A DNA stretch of 64,000 bases. It comes from Macrostomum lignano (Eukaryota). Under the pieces are notes generated by a model. The model was not told the origin of the DNA, searched no databases, and saw only the letters and a program-made list of their open reading frames with translations. Each line of letters opens with the position of its first letter. The first letter of the stretch is position 1. A program made the position numbers and the translations under genes. The stretch covers positions 1 through 64,000 of the forward strand of contig NIVC01003250.1 of the NCBI GenBank assembly GCA_002269645.1, in the 5' to 3' direction. Positions 50,452-63,810 of this stretch are shown piece by piece.

Positions 50452-50885
50452 TTTGTGTCTGTCTTCGCTTCTGTCAGTGAATTCTCTAACTTGGCGGAAT
50501 AACAGATTCAATATCAACCATGCAGCAGTGCCTTTCTCTTTAGCTTGCTCGAAAACATTTTTTTTTATTTTCTGTACGCTAGTCATTTAGTCTATGGCCA
50601 AGACCAGTTAGCGAGCAACTTTCTGTCTATTTTAAAAGTGCAATTCGCTTCAATATTTTTGTCACCAGTTTGTTTGCCATAAACAATGTGGGAAATAATA
50701 TCTGCATAAAAACTTATGTAATTTCTTAACTTTAATGCAACTTGGAAATCGAACTTAGCCCTATTTGTCCCTTGCGTTCAATTATACAATCATGTTTGTG
50801 TGGAAAAGGATATAGGTTGTCTAAAATACCGCATACTGCACTAGGCGGTTTATGTTACTATAAGTAGGCAATTACGTATATGTAA

Positions 50886-51085
50886 TTGCAGACAGACAGA
50901 GACGGACAGAAACAGACAGACAGAGACGGACAGAAACAGACAGACAGAGACGGACAGAAACAGACAGACAGAGACGGACAGAAACAGACAGACAGAGACG
51001 GACAGAAACAGACAGACAGAGACGGACAGAAACAGACAGACAGAGACGGACAGAAACAGACAGACAGACAGACAGAGAGACAGCC

Positions 51086-51122
<37 letters not shown>

Positions 51123-51160
51123 GCCAGACAGCCAGACAGCCAAACAGACAGACAAAAATC
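50886..51160. repeat. (CAGA)n-derived repeat
   Basis: Direct inspection. Confidence 0.93.
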
Positions 51161-52227
51161 AAATTATAAGGCACTAACAGACTTTTAGTTGAGACCACGA
51201 GCCCTTACTATTTTTATTTGATGCTGAGAACTTCATGGCATTTCTGTCAAATATCTGAGACAAAAACTTCCGACCTAGGTGGGACTTGCAAGGTGAAAAT
51301 TTAAAGTTCTCAGCAATTTAAAGTAAACAAACATCTTGGAAAAAGATAACACTAATTACAAACAGAAAAAAACTAGCTTGAAAAATCCAGGAAAATAATA
51401 ATTAAATCAGCTAGAAGCGTGAGCGCACTTCCTTGTTGAAACTTTCCCAGGTTTTCAAAATTCGAATTCGAATTAAAAATCATGATTAACTACAGAATCC
51501 GAGCAAGATAATTGACATTTCAAATCTCCCTGTGCTTCCTGGGCAGACAGAATCCAAACCGTGGAGCAGCTCCAAACGCAAAAGAGGCAAAAGCAAGCAA
51601 GCTCAACGCTCTTTCAGTGCTTTAATCATCTCTTTTAGCGGTGTTGACACTTCTTAGAAGCTGCCTTGGAGCTTTGGTTGCTCGAGAATAGATTTTTTTG
51701 TTTAAATTCAACGCGGGCAGTTGAGGGCTGGGTAAGGGAGTTGTGGGCTGGAGCTCGCATCGTGTCATTTGCAGTGAAAACATGTCAGGAGAAAAATAAT
51801 TTCCACCTGCATTAGTCTTGCCTCTTGTAGAAGAACTTAGTACAGAGTCCCGTGAGCTGAGCAATTCTGTCCAGCTGATTCATTCATCTCTCGCACCCAG
51901 CAACCCGAGGCAACCGAGTTGAGGCAAGATTTCCAGTCACCCCCCATGCTCACTGCTGATAGTTTCCGCTCTCTGCTCACACATTTTCGCATTGAACTCA
52001 ACCTAAAACGATGATTATTAACTTCGGTTCAAACCGCTTCAGCTTCGGATTCTGACCTTAAATTGTGCCCCACCTTTTCCGCTGCCAAGCGCTGACAATG
52101 GCGTCATGGAGCTCTGAATTAAATCGAGCATCTGGAATTGGAGTTGTAAGCTGAACACCCCACCCTCCTTCATCAGCTCAACAAAGTGGCGCCCCCTGAC
52201 GTAGGCGCTCACTGAAATGAAATGGGG

Positions 52228-53163
52228 CGCCATTCAAACAAAATGGCACCTACTCAAATGAAATGGCGCCAACTCAAATGAAATGGCGCCAACTCAAATG
52301 AAATAGCGCCAACTCAAATGAAATGGCGCCCACTCAAATGAAGCGGCGCCTACTCAAATGAAATGGCGCCTACTCAAATGAAATGGCGCCTACTCAAATG
52401 AAATGGCGCCTACTCAAATGAATGGCGCCCACTCAAATGAAATGGCGCCTACTCAAATGAAATGGCGCCTACTCAAATGAAATGGCGCCTACTCCGATGA
52501 AATAGTGCCTACTCAAATGAAACGGCGCCTACTCAAACAAAATGGCGCCTACTCCGATGAAATAGCGCCTACCCAAATGAAATGGCGCCTACTCAAATGA
52601 AATGGTGCTTACTCAAATGAAATGGCGCCTACTCAAATGAAATGGCGCCTACCCAAATAAAATGGCGCCTACTCAAATGAAATGGCGCCTACTAAAATGA
52701 AATGGCGCCCACTAAAATGAAATAGCGCCCACTCAAATGAAGTAGTTCAAATGAACAAATCAACTACTCAAATTAAATGGCGCCTACTCAAATGAAATGG
52801 CGCCTACTCAAATGAAATGGCGCCTACTCAAATGAAATGGCGCCTACTCAAATGAAATGGCGCCTACTCAAATGAAATGCTTACTCAAATAAAATGGCGC
52901 CTACTCCGATGAAATGGCGCCTAGTCAAATGAAATGGCGCCCCATGAAATGAAATGGCGCCTATTCAAATGAAATGGGGTCTACTTAAATGAACTGGCGC
53001 CTATTCAAATGAAATTGGGTCTACTTAAATGAGCTGGCGCCTATTCAAAGGAAATTACGCCTACTCAAATGAAATGGCGCCCCATGAAATGAAATGGCGC
53101 CTATTTAAATGAGATGGCGCCCACTCAAATAAAATGGCGCCACTCAAACAAAATGGCACCCAC
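52228..53163. repeat. 20-nt minisatellite (TACTCAAATGAAATGGCGCC)
   Basis: Direct inspection. Confidence 0.93.
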
Positions 53164-53529
53164 TCAACTCAAGTCCAGATCGTTTAGTTTTAGAGCTCCA
53201 TGGTTTAAGCTGTAGGGTGGGGGCGCAAGCGGTTCCCAGAGAGGGGCAGCGGACAAAGACAGGACCGGGCCTGCACTAGGATTCGCAAATGCTGGCCCAC
53301 TCAGACAGAGGTTTTTTCCGAATTGAAGAGAAGCCGTAACTGAGCAATTCAATAGCGCCATGGACCTCTGAAAGACAACGGATTGCCATTGGGACTGGAA
53401 TTGAAAACCAGCAAGATTGAGAACTTAGTGGCACAGTCCAGGGGGTAATTTCTGGTTCCTGACTCCTGACCTCCCCTCCCCAACGGCCGACCAAAAGTTT
53501 ATTTTTTAAAATTTTCAACAAAAATGGTG

Positions 53530-54126
53530 ATGGGTACACGTTTGGCGCTAAAATATTGATAAATTGGCGCCAAAAAGATTGATAAATTGGCGCTAAACAT
53601 ATTGATAAATTGGCGCTAAACATATTGATAAATTGGCGCTAAACATATTGATAAATTGGCGCTAAACATACTGATAAACTGGCGCTAAACATACTGATAA
53701 ATTGGCGCTAAACATACTGATAAATTGGCGCTAAACATACTGATAAACTGGCGCTAAACATACTGATAAACTGGCGCTAAACATACTGATAAATTGGCGC
53801 TAAACATATTGATAAATTGGCGCTAAACATACTGATAAACTGGCGCTAAACATACTGATAAATTGGCGCTAAACATACTGATAAACTGGCGCTAAACATA
53901 CTGATAAACTGGCGCTAAACATATTGATAAATTGGCGCTAAACATATTGATAAATTGGCGCTAAACATACTGATAAACTGGCGCTAAACATACTGATAAA
54001 CTGGCGCTAAACATACTGATAAATTGGCGCTAAACATACTGATAAAGTGGCGCTAAACATACTCATAAATTGGCGCTAAACATACTCATAAATTGGCGCT
54101 AAACATATTGATACATTGGCGCTAAA
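53530..54126. repeat. 23-nt minisatellite (TTGGCGCTAAACATATTGATAAA)
   Basis: Direct inspection. Confidence 0.95.
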
Positions 54127-54699
54127 ATCTCCACATGTTTGCAGTGCTGAAAATTCTTTGCCAAATTTTTGTTTTACTATCTTATATGGAGAGCTCCCGT
54201 TCTGGTGTTAGATGTTCGTTGTCACAAACGGTGCAAGTCCAGTCCAGTTTCATTCTCTTATTCAGTAGTCCATGCCCCTGTTGTGGTGGCGTTTGGCTTT
54301 GTTTAGGAAAAGGCTCAAATTGCCCTGTATTTATTTTATAGCACTGAATGAAAGCATCAAGAGCCACAAGGCATCCCTGATCTGCTTCCCCGATCTTTTG
54401 CGGAACTTCTTATAAACTTATTGCCTAGCAGACAGTGGGAAAGCTCTGTTGCCAGTGGTCCTCATTATTAGTAGGGGACGTTTGTATTACGCTCTATGCA
54501 TATTGTGTATTCCGAACTTTTACGGTAAGACATCAAACGAGAGACTTAATTAGCTTGGAGCCTGCAGTCTGTCCGAAGGCTTCTAGATAATAGGGATATT
54601 ATTTCGAAAACATATTTTGATAGTATAGGTCGTAAAAATATTGTAAAAATATGAATATGAATACTAGCTGGTACATAAGTAAAAAAGATGCCTTTGAGT

Positions 54700-56140
54700 T
54701 TTGAAGTTCTGGGGTTGTGAAGCTCTGGGATTGAGAACTTTTGGGGTTTGTTTGTAGTTTTGGAGTTGTGAAATTTTGGAGTTGTGAAGTTTTGGGGTTG
54801 TGAAGTTTTGGGGTTGTGAAGTTTTGGAGTTGTGAAGTTTTGGAGTTGTGAAGTTTTGGGGTTGTGAAGTTTCGGGGTTGTAAAGTTTTGGGATTGAGAA
54901 GTTTTGGGGTTGTGAAGTTTTGGGGTTGTAAAGTTTTGGGATTGAGAAGTTTTGGGGTTGTGAAGTTTTGGGGTTGTGAAGTTTTGGGGTTGTGAAGTTT
55001 TGGGGTTGTGAAGTTTTGGGGTTGTGAAGTTTTGGGGTTGTGAAGTTTTGGGGTTGTAGAGTTTTGGGGTTGTGAAGTCTTGGGGTTGAGAAGTTTTGGG
55101 GTTGTGAAGTTTTGGGGTTGTGAAGTTTTGTGGTTGTGAAGTTTTGGGTTTGTGAAGTTTTGGGGTTGTAAAGTTTAGGGGTTTAAAAATTTTTGGGGTT
55201 GTAAAGTTTTGGTGTTGTGAAGTTTTGGGGTTGTGAAGTTTTTAATTTGTGAAGTTTTGGGGTTGTGAAGTTTTGCGGTTGTGAAGTTTTGGGGTTGTGA
55301 AGTTTTGAGTTTGTGAAGTTTTGGGGTTGTGAAGTTTTGGGGTTGTGATGTTTTGGGGTTGTGGAGTTTTGCGGTTGTGAAGTTTTGGGGTTGTGAAGTT
55401 TTGGGGTTGTGAAGTTTTGGGATTGAGAACTTTTGAGGTTTGAAGTTTTAGGGTTGTGAAGTTTTGGGGTTGTGAAGTTTTGGGGTTTAAAGTTTTGGGG
55501 TTGTAAAGTTTTGGTGTTGTGAAGTTTTGGGGTTGTGAAGTGCCTATGTAAGTTTTGGGGTTGTGAAGTTTTGGGGTTGTAAAGTTTTGGTGTTGTGAAG
55601 TTTTGGGGTTGTAAAGTTTTGGGATTGAGAAGTTTTGGGGTTGTAATGTTTTGGGGTTGTGAAGTTTTGGGGTTGTAAAGTTTTGGGGTTTTGAAGTTTT
55701 GGGGTTGTAAAGTTTTGGGGTTTTGAAGTTTTGGGGTTGTAAAGTTTTGGGGTTGTGAAGTTTTGGGGTTGTGAAGTTTTGGGTTTGTGAAGTTTTGGGG
55801 TTGTAAAGTTTTGGGGTTGTGAAGTTTTGGGGTTGTAAAGTTTTGGGGTTGTGAAGTTTTGGGGTTGTGAAGTTTTGGGGTTGTGAAGTTTTGGGGTTGT
55901 GAAGTTTTGGGGTTGTGAAGTTTTGGGGTTGTGAAGTTTTGAGGTTGTGAAGTTTTGGAGTTGTAAAGTTTTGGGGTTGTGAAGTTTTGGGGCTGTGAAG
56001 ATTTGGGTTACGAAGTTTTGGGGTTTGAAGTTTTGGGACTGTGAAAATTTGGGTTGCGAAGTTTTAGGTTTGTGAAGTTTTAAGGTTGTGACGTTTTGAG
56101 GTTGTGACGTTTTGGGGTTGTGACGTTTTGGGGTTGTGAA
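54700..56140. repeat. 16-nt minisatellite (GAAGTTTTGGGGTTGT)
   Basis: Direct inspection. Confidence 0.95.
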
Positions 56141-56562
56141 ATAATTTTATTGAATCGATTAAAAACAAGCACAAATTAAATTACGCTGTAAATCAAATTT
56201 AGCAGTAAAATCCACTCGGAATGAGGGGGTTGGACTGAGCAATATTGGACTAAGCAATAGTCGGTGTGTCATGCAGATATTGTCACTCATTAAGCCTGAA
56301 CTCCAAGCTCAAACAATGCAGGCTTGGACTCGGCTCTTCTTTTCTATAGCCTAGCGTAAACTTTTTTGGAGTACCGTTGCACCTGAATTTTGCAGTGGCC
56401 TGCAGTGCATTCTGTGCGGGTGTTTCTTGGTTGAGCAGGCTCTGGCTTGATTACAACGACAGTGTGAGGTAAACAGAATCATCGAGCTATTAGGGAGAAG
56501 AAATTATAAATTATTTAATATATTCATAATGGTTTCTTTATACCACTAAACAACTCCTGTTC

Positions 56563-57430
56563 TACCTCAGAATCTCACCCCAATGATTCAGCTACCTCAG
56601 AATCTCACCCCAATAAGTCAGCTACCGCAGGAATCTCACCCCAATAATTCAGCTACCTCAGAATCTCACTTCAAAAATTCAGCTACCTCAGAATCTCACC
56701 CCAATAATTCAGCTACCTCAGAATCTCACCCCAATAATTCAGCTACCTCAGAATCTCACCCCAATAAGTCAGCTACCGCAGGAATCTCACCCCAATAAAT
56801 CAGCTACCGCAGGAATCTCACCCCAATAAATCAGCTACCGCAGGAATCTCACCCCAATAAATCAGCTACCGCAGGAATCTCACCCCAATAATTCAGCTAC
56901 CTCAGAATCTCACCCCAATAATTCAGCTACCTCAGAATCTCACCCCAATAATTCAGCTACCTCAGAATCTCACCCCAATAATTCAGCTACCTCAGAATCT
57001 CACCCCAATAATTCAGCTACCTCAGAATCTCACCCCAATAAGTCAGCTACCACAGGAATCTCACCCCAATAAGTCAGCTACCGCAGGAATCTCACCCCAA
57101 TAAGTCAGCTACCGCAGGAATCTCACCCCAATAAATCAGCTACCGCAGGAATCTCACCCCAATAATTCAGCTACCTCAGAATCTCACCCCAATAATTCAG
57201 CTACCTCAGAATCTCACCCCAATAATTCAGCTACCGCAGGAATCTCACCCCAATAATTCAGCTACCTCAGAATCTCACCCCAATAATTCAGCTACCTCAG
57301 AATCTCACCCCAATAATTCAGCTACCTCAGAATCTCACCCCAATAATTCAGCTACCTCAGAATCTCACCCCAATAATTCAGCTACCTCAGAATCTCACCC
57401 CAATAATTCAGCTACCTCAGAATCTCACCT
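56563..57430. repeat. 30-nt minisatellite (AATTCAGCTACCTCAGAATCTCACCCCAAT)
   Basis: Direct inspection. Confidence 0.96.
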
Positions 57431-58398
57431 CAGTACGTACATTAGCCATCACAGAATCTGAGAATCTTAAGCGATGCTTTACCGCTCGTAGATTATCCAA
57501 AACTCGTACAGGTGTTGCTTTATAAAGTCTCGCCTTAAGCTTTCAAGCTATTAGCTTGATGTAAAACTTAACATATTAAAAAATAAGTGTCGTACACAAT
57601 GCCTCTTAACTTTAATCTAGTAAGTAGTGGGCACCCAATGGTCCTACCTACACAAGCCCCGTGCACCGACCAACCCTTACAAAACCAGCTAGGCATCACA
57701 TGACAATTGAGGCCCCTCACTGACTCATCTGAGACCATGGCGGTAAAAAACCGCCCCGCTGCAGAGCATTACAGACCGCCTCTGCAGCTTGTTGCATCTA
57801 TATACCCTCGTAGTTAATATTCGAATGCATTGGAAGGTACTAAAGCGTGAAGTGTGTTTTGCGGCGTGCGTGAGGCTTTTGCTTTCCTACTTAATATATG
57901 GATAGAACGAACTCCACAACTCTGCCCTGGCTGCATCCTACTGTTATAGCAGCTTCCTAGTAAATATTAGTGAAGAATTGTAGTAAAGACGGGGGCGCGT
58001 TCGGTCGTAATTTGTTTCCATTGTTCCGCTGTGCAACTTGCCCAATCCAAGATGAGGCATGCTCTGTTGACAACACTGGGCTGGGCGGGCCTCCCCACCC
58101 TCAGGTCCAGGGGGAGCCCGCGGTGTGTCTTTCCATTTTTACTTCTCTGCGTCAGCTCTGACTCCGAGGCCCTGTGCTCCACCCCCTCCTCGCACTGAGT
58201 GGACTGTGGGGAGAGAGAGAGACAGAAGAACCTGCCATCCACCCCAGTGCCACGCTACAACTGCACGAGCCGGGGCCCGAGGGAGCAGAACAGCCAAGTG
58301 ATCCAACAACAAAGATATTCCAGAGCTCCTTCACAAGTTGCCGAGTTTTATCCTAGCATCAACGGTTACTTTCAAGCAGTCCGGTCAGACTCACAGAG

Positions 58399-61300
58399 AT
58401 GCTGATGCATCTGATGGCGCTCTGCCTGCTGCTGCCACTGAGCGCGGCGATTGACACCGCGGCCGTGAATGCGTCCAGCGAATACGTTGTGTGCACCGGC
58501 ACGCTAGAAGCGGAACAGACCAACGAGGATTCCGTCCGGAAGTTCAAGGCCCTGCGCGATCGACTGTCCGGCTGCCAGTTTGTCATCGGCGACATTCATC
58601 TGACGCGAATAAAACAGGAACACTTCGATGAGCAGGACGAAGTGTTAGACTTTGGCTTCCTGAACACCATCAAGGAAGTGACCGGCTGCGTGAAGCTGGT
58701 CGACTCTTGCTTTTCTTCGCCGCTGGAATTCGAAAGTCTGCAAGTGATCCGCGGCACCGGATGCGGCAACTCGAGCCTCTTACTGCAGTTCGACTCAAAC
58801 TGCGCATTGCAGACGCCTTACGTCGCCTTCTCCAACCTTCGCCACATCGGTGGCGGAATCATACTATACAACGTCTCCTCCTGCTACATTGAGCGCCACG
58901 TCAGCCTCTCGGAGCTCTTTGCCTATCCGATGGCTCCGGTTGTGTCGAGGATAGGCCAATGCAGAGACTTGGACAACGCCTGCCACAGCAACTGCACAGA
59001 GTGGCCTGAAGACGGTCAGCAGCACTGCTGGGGACCCGAGCTCCAGCACTGCCAGCCTCGCACTCGGTGCAGGCATCTCAGCACTCGCGACTGCCCCTAC
59101 CAGAGGTGCTTCGTCGACTCCCAAGGCGGAGAGCGCTGTTGCCATGAGCAGTGCCTCGGCGGCTGCTTCGGACCGCTGGCTCAGCATTGCCTCGGCTGCA
59201 GGAATTTCGACAGAAACGGAACCTGCGTGCAAAAGTGTGAGTTAGAAAATTATTATCACCCTGGCGCGGCGCAGAACCTGTCGCCAGTTGAAGGCAAAAT
59301 GCTGCCGCACGGGCCAGTGTGCGTCAACAAATGTCCTGGTTCCTACTTTACGGAGGATGGTTCGTGCGTTAAAAAGTGCATGTCGGAGCGAAAACCTGAC
59401 GCAGATGGAGTGTGCGTGGCGGTAGACGAGTCCAGAGTGTGCGAAATCGAAGTGGGCGCGCTCAGCACCATATGCCATTCAGGCAATCCGCTAATGCAAG
59501 GACTAACAAACGCGAGCATGCTGTGTACAGAGTTTCACGGCTCAGTCACTGTTAATCCCGACTGCTTTAGCGATGAACCCGAACCAGGGAAGGTTACAGT
59601 CGAACAGCTTTACACAATGTTCAGTCGGTTGAGAGTTGTCCGCGGGGAAATTCAATTGCTTCTTTTCGGATACAATCAACTGAGGAACCTGACGTTTCTG
59701 TCCCATCTGGAGCGAGTTGATGATCGGCCGGGTGAGAAGAAAAGTGGTCGAATTATGATCGTTGCCCCAGAAATTCATTTTTTCGGGCTGGCGTCCCTTC
59801 GCTTTATAAACAAATACATCATGTTCCTAGCTCTTCCCAATGGGTCAAGTGTCAGTCTCTGCACCGGCTTTATACCAAAACAAGATGCGGTAACTGAATC
59901 GCTAATTCAACTCGGAGCCTCGACAAATTCAAACTGGCTTCGCAGTCCGGAAGGCTTGGATAACATCCGGGTCAGATCAATTTGTCCCATCAAGCCGGAC
60001 AGCTGCGATCCCCAGTGCGAGCCTCGGTTTGGCTGCTGGGGCCCCGGCCCAACCAACTGCGTCCGCTGCCGCTCCGTCAAGGCTGGCCGAATTTGCCTGC
60101 AATCGTGCGAATCGAGTCCCGGATGGTTTCTAGTGAATAGTACAAAATTTTTTGGAGAAGCAGGGCAACACCACTCTGGAGCTCATGTGCAGCAGGTGCC
60201 ATCATTCGTGCGCCAAGTGCGACGGACCCGGTCCAAGCAACTGCACCGCCTGCTTGAATGGAACTTTTCTCGATGGCTCCGTCTGCGTCGCCAAGTGCAA
60301 TCCAGAGACTCAGTTTGAGGACGTCTCAGCTAGAGCTTGCCAGCCGTGCCCGAAGATTTGCACTTCGTTGGGAAATGGAAAGCCAACCTGTACTGGCAAC
60401 AAGACCTTAGTTGGCCCAGGTGGATGCCAGTTCTGTCAGCACGTCGTGGTGACTCAACAATCGGAAGCTGATTCCACACCGCTATTGAAATGCGGACCGT
60501 CCAGCTGTCCGGCCGGGTTCTACACCGCATTAGTTGACTTCGGAAGCAATCAATTCAACAATTTCTCTGACTTTCTCGCCGTAAAGCGAACAGTGGATCT
60601 TCCCGTGACAATGTGCGCTAAATGTGCGCCGCACTGCATGACATGCAAGGGCGCTAGCAACAAATGCACCGCTTGTCGGCACTACTCTATCGAACCGGTG
60701 CTGACGGACGAGTTTGAGTGCGAAACGCGGGCCGAACCAGCGTGCCGAGACGGGTTCTATGCGGATCACGGAAATCAGACCTGCCGTCCGTGCGCGCCGC
60801 CTTGCAGCACCTGCTCCGGTCCCGGCGAAGGCGACTGTCTTCGATGCGTTGCGCCAAAGTACCTTGTACTAGCCGAGTCAGGAGACGGGCCAGTCGACGT
60901 GGAAAATTCGACCTCGTTCTGCACGGACACCTGTCCCGAGGACAGGCCCCGCCTGATCGCCAGCAAGCGCGGCCTCATATGCACTGCCGCCCTGTCCACT
61001 TCAATGATCGGCGTCCTGATCGGAGCCGCTGGCTTCGCGGTCAGCCTTGCCGCTCTGCTATCGTTCTGCTGCATCTGGCGCCGCCGCCGCTCAGCAATGC
61101 TGCCCGAGGAGGAGAAAGAAGAACTGGAGCCGATGCTCAACCGCGGCTACTTGGCCACCATATCCGAGAACGAGCTGGCGCGAGGTCCCGAAGTCGGTTC
61201 CGGCGCATTCGGCACCGTCTTCAAAGGCGAGTGGACCCCGGCGGACGGCGACGGGCGCAAGACCACAGTAGCCATCAAGATTCTGGCCGATTCCGGCGAC

Positions 61301-62868
61301 AACGGCCTGTCGAGCGAGCTGCTGGAGGAGAGCCGCATCATGGCCTCGGTGGACCATCCGCACTGCGTCCGACTGGTTGGCATCTGCATGACTCAGCCTC
61401 TCCAGCTGGTCACGCAGTTCATGCCGCTGGGGAATCTGCGCGACTTCCTGCGCGCCAGGCGCGAGCCCGGTCAGGTTGGCGCCGCCCAGATGCTGCGCTA
61501 CGCGGCGCAGATCGCCAGCGGGATGGCCCACTTGGAGCGCTGCAACATCATCCATCGCGATCTCGCCTGCCGGAACGTCCTCGTCTCATCATCGCGTTGC
61601 GTTCGCATCACCGACTTCGGGCTGGCGAAGGCGCTGGATACCGCCAGCCAGGAGTACCAGGCCTCTGGTGGCAAGCTGCCGGTCAAGTGGCTGGCGCTCG
61701 AGTCTCTCATTAGCCGGCGCTTCACGCACAAGTCAGACGTCTGGTCCTATGGAATCACGCTCTGGGAGATTTTCACATTCGGCGAGCCGCCCTACCCGAA
61801 CGTGAAGCCGCAGGACCTGGCTGAGTACCTGGAGAAGGGCGAGCGGCTGCCTCAGCCGGCTGTGTGCATGCTGGACGTCTACATGCTGATGATCAAGTGC
61901 TGGATGCTGGACGAGCATCATCGCCCGACATTCGACGAGTTGGAGGCAAACTTCACCAAGATGTGCAGCCAGCCTGAGCGCTACGTGTACAACCGCGGCG
62001 TCAGGCATCCGTCGCACTGCAGCAGCTCCAGAGTCAGCGGCAACAGTCGTGGAGGCTCCGGCGGCGGCGGACCAAAGTCGCCGCGGCACAGCAACAACAA
62101 CAGGCAGAGCTTGGACGAACTTGACGACGCCTACGTCGCCATGGAAGACGAAGTCGCTGAAAGCGACTTGGACAACGACGTGTTTGTCGTCGATCAGTCA
62201 ACGTTGAACACCTCGACCACCTCGACAGCCTGCAGGCGGCTGCCCCTGTCGCCTCAGCCGCTGCTGTATCCGTCAGTTCACCAGAATCAGCACCGGCAGC
62301 TGCTGCCATCAGCGCCACCGCCACCCGAGCAGCAGCTTTCGCAGCCGCCTCCGCCGCCGCCTCCGCTGATGAAGCCGCCGCAGCGCAGTTTCAGCGTCAC
62401 CTCTGGTGGCCGGCGAAGAGCGGCTGGCCCGCCGCCCCGCTGGTGAGCAGCAGTCCGCAGAACCAGTACACCATGGACCCCTGCCAGCCGGGGCCCAGCA
62501 ACTCGGACTACTACCTGCAGCCCGTGTGCCTTTCGGCCGGCTCACGCCGGGAGAATCCGCTGCCTCTGCCGCCGAGGCTCTCGCCGGTTGCTACGCATCC
62601 GCTTGCGACGACCCCGACGCGGCCGCCGCCGCCGCCACCGCTGCCGCCGCCTCTTCTACCGCCGCTGCTGCAGTCGGCAGGCAGCCCGGGAGCCGTGGCG
62701 AATCCGGAGTATTTCTTCCACTACAGCGGGGCCTCCGCCGCCACGGCCGCTGCCGACGCCCCCTCCGGCGGTGCCGCCAACGCCGCAACCGCCGCGGCCA
62801 CGCCAAATCCGGCCTCCTCGAACGACAGCGGCATCGCCAGTCCGAAGTTCGAATTCGGACACGACTGA
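58399..62868 (+). CDS. EGFR: EGFR/ErbB-family receptor tyrosine kinase, intronless, read across two apparent single-base frameshifts (~60148-60153 and ~62410)
   Basis: ORF 58399: signal peptide, L1 (VCTGT...GCQFVIGDIHLT...KEVTG), furin-like Cys-rich, L2, Cys-rich. ORF 60152: further Cys-rich repeats, TM (MIGVLIGAAGFAVSLAALLSFCCIW), kinase (GSGAFGTVFKG, VAIK, HRDLACRN, DFG, KLPVKWLALE, SDVWSYG, DVYMLMIKCW). ORF 62443: tail with QYTMDP, DYYL, NPEYF. Confidence 0.93.
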
Positions 62869-63207
62869 ACACGAATTAACTGACCGATGTCTGCTTTCTG
62901 ACATTCGAAAGCAAACAGGGTAATTGCCATTTTGGCCGTTGACTTTTTTATTTAAGAAAGCTTCATTATTGTACAGATTTTTCTGACCAGCCACTCTATC
63001 CTTCCGTCTCTTTATGTTACTGCATTGCAAGCCCCTGACTTGTAATATTATACCCAGCTTTTAGTCCAAAACTCGTGTCTCAATTTATTATTTTCCATCC
63101 CTAATCTAGTTTATTCCTCGAGTTGATGGATTTTAATTTGAGAGCCATTTTATATGCAAATGCTTTTAAACAATATATGCTGTTAAGTAAGAGCACAGTT
63201 GAGTATA

Positions 63208-63810
63208 GGAGTGGCTAATCCCCCAGATACTTCAGTATGGGAGTGGCTTATCCCCCAGATACTTCAGTATGGGAGTGGCTAATCCCCCAGATACTTCAGT
63301 ATGGGAGTGGCTAATCCCCCAGATACTTCAGCATGGGAGTGGCTAATCCCCCAGATACTTCAGTATGGGAGTGGCTTATCCCCCAGATACTTCAGCATGG
63401 GAGTGGCTAATCCCCCAGATACTTCAGCATGGGAGTGGCTTATCCCCCAGATACTTCAGCATGGGAGTGGCTAATCCCCCAGATACTTCAGTACGGGAGT
63501 AGCTAATGCCCCAGATACTTCAGTATGGGAGTGGCTAATCCCCCAGATACTTCAGTATGGGAGTGGCTTATCCCCCAGATACTTCAGTACGGGAGTAGCT
63601 AATGCCCCAGATACTTCAGTATGGGAGTGGCTAATCCCCCAGATACTTCAGTATGGGAGTGGCTTATCCCCCAGATACTTCAGCATGGGAGTGGCTTATC
63701 CCCCAGATACTTCAGTACGGGAGTAGCTAATGCCCCAGATACTTCAGTATGGGAGTGGCTTATCCCCCAGATACTTCAGTGAGGTGGCTTATCCCCCAGA
63801 TACTTCAGTG
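63208..63810. repeat. 32-nt minisatellite (GGGAGTGGCTAATCCCCCAGATACTTCAGTAT)
   Basis: Units at 63239 and 63271. Confidence 0.95.

Noticed and set aside
60142-60160. Programmed ribosomal frameshift in EGFR at AAAATTTTTTG
   Set aside because: The required shift is +1, not -1; no stimulatory structure is evident, and a homopolymer error is more parsimonious.
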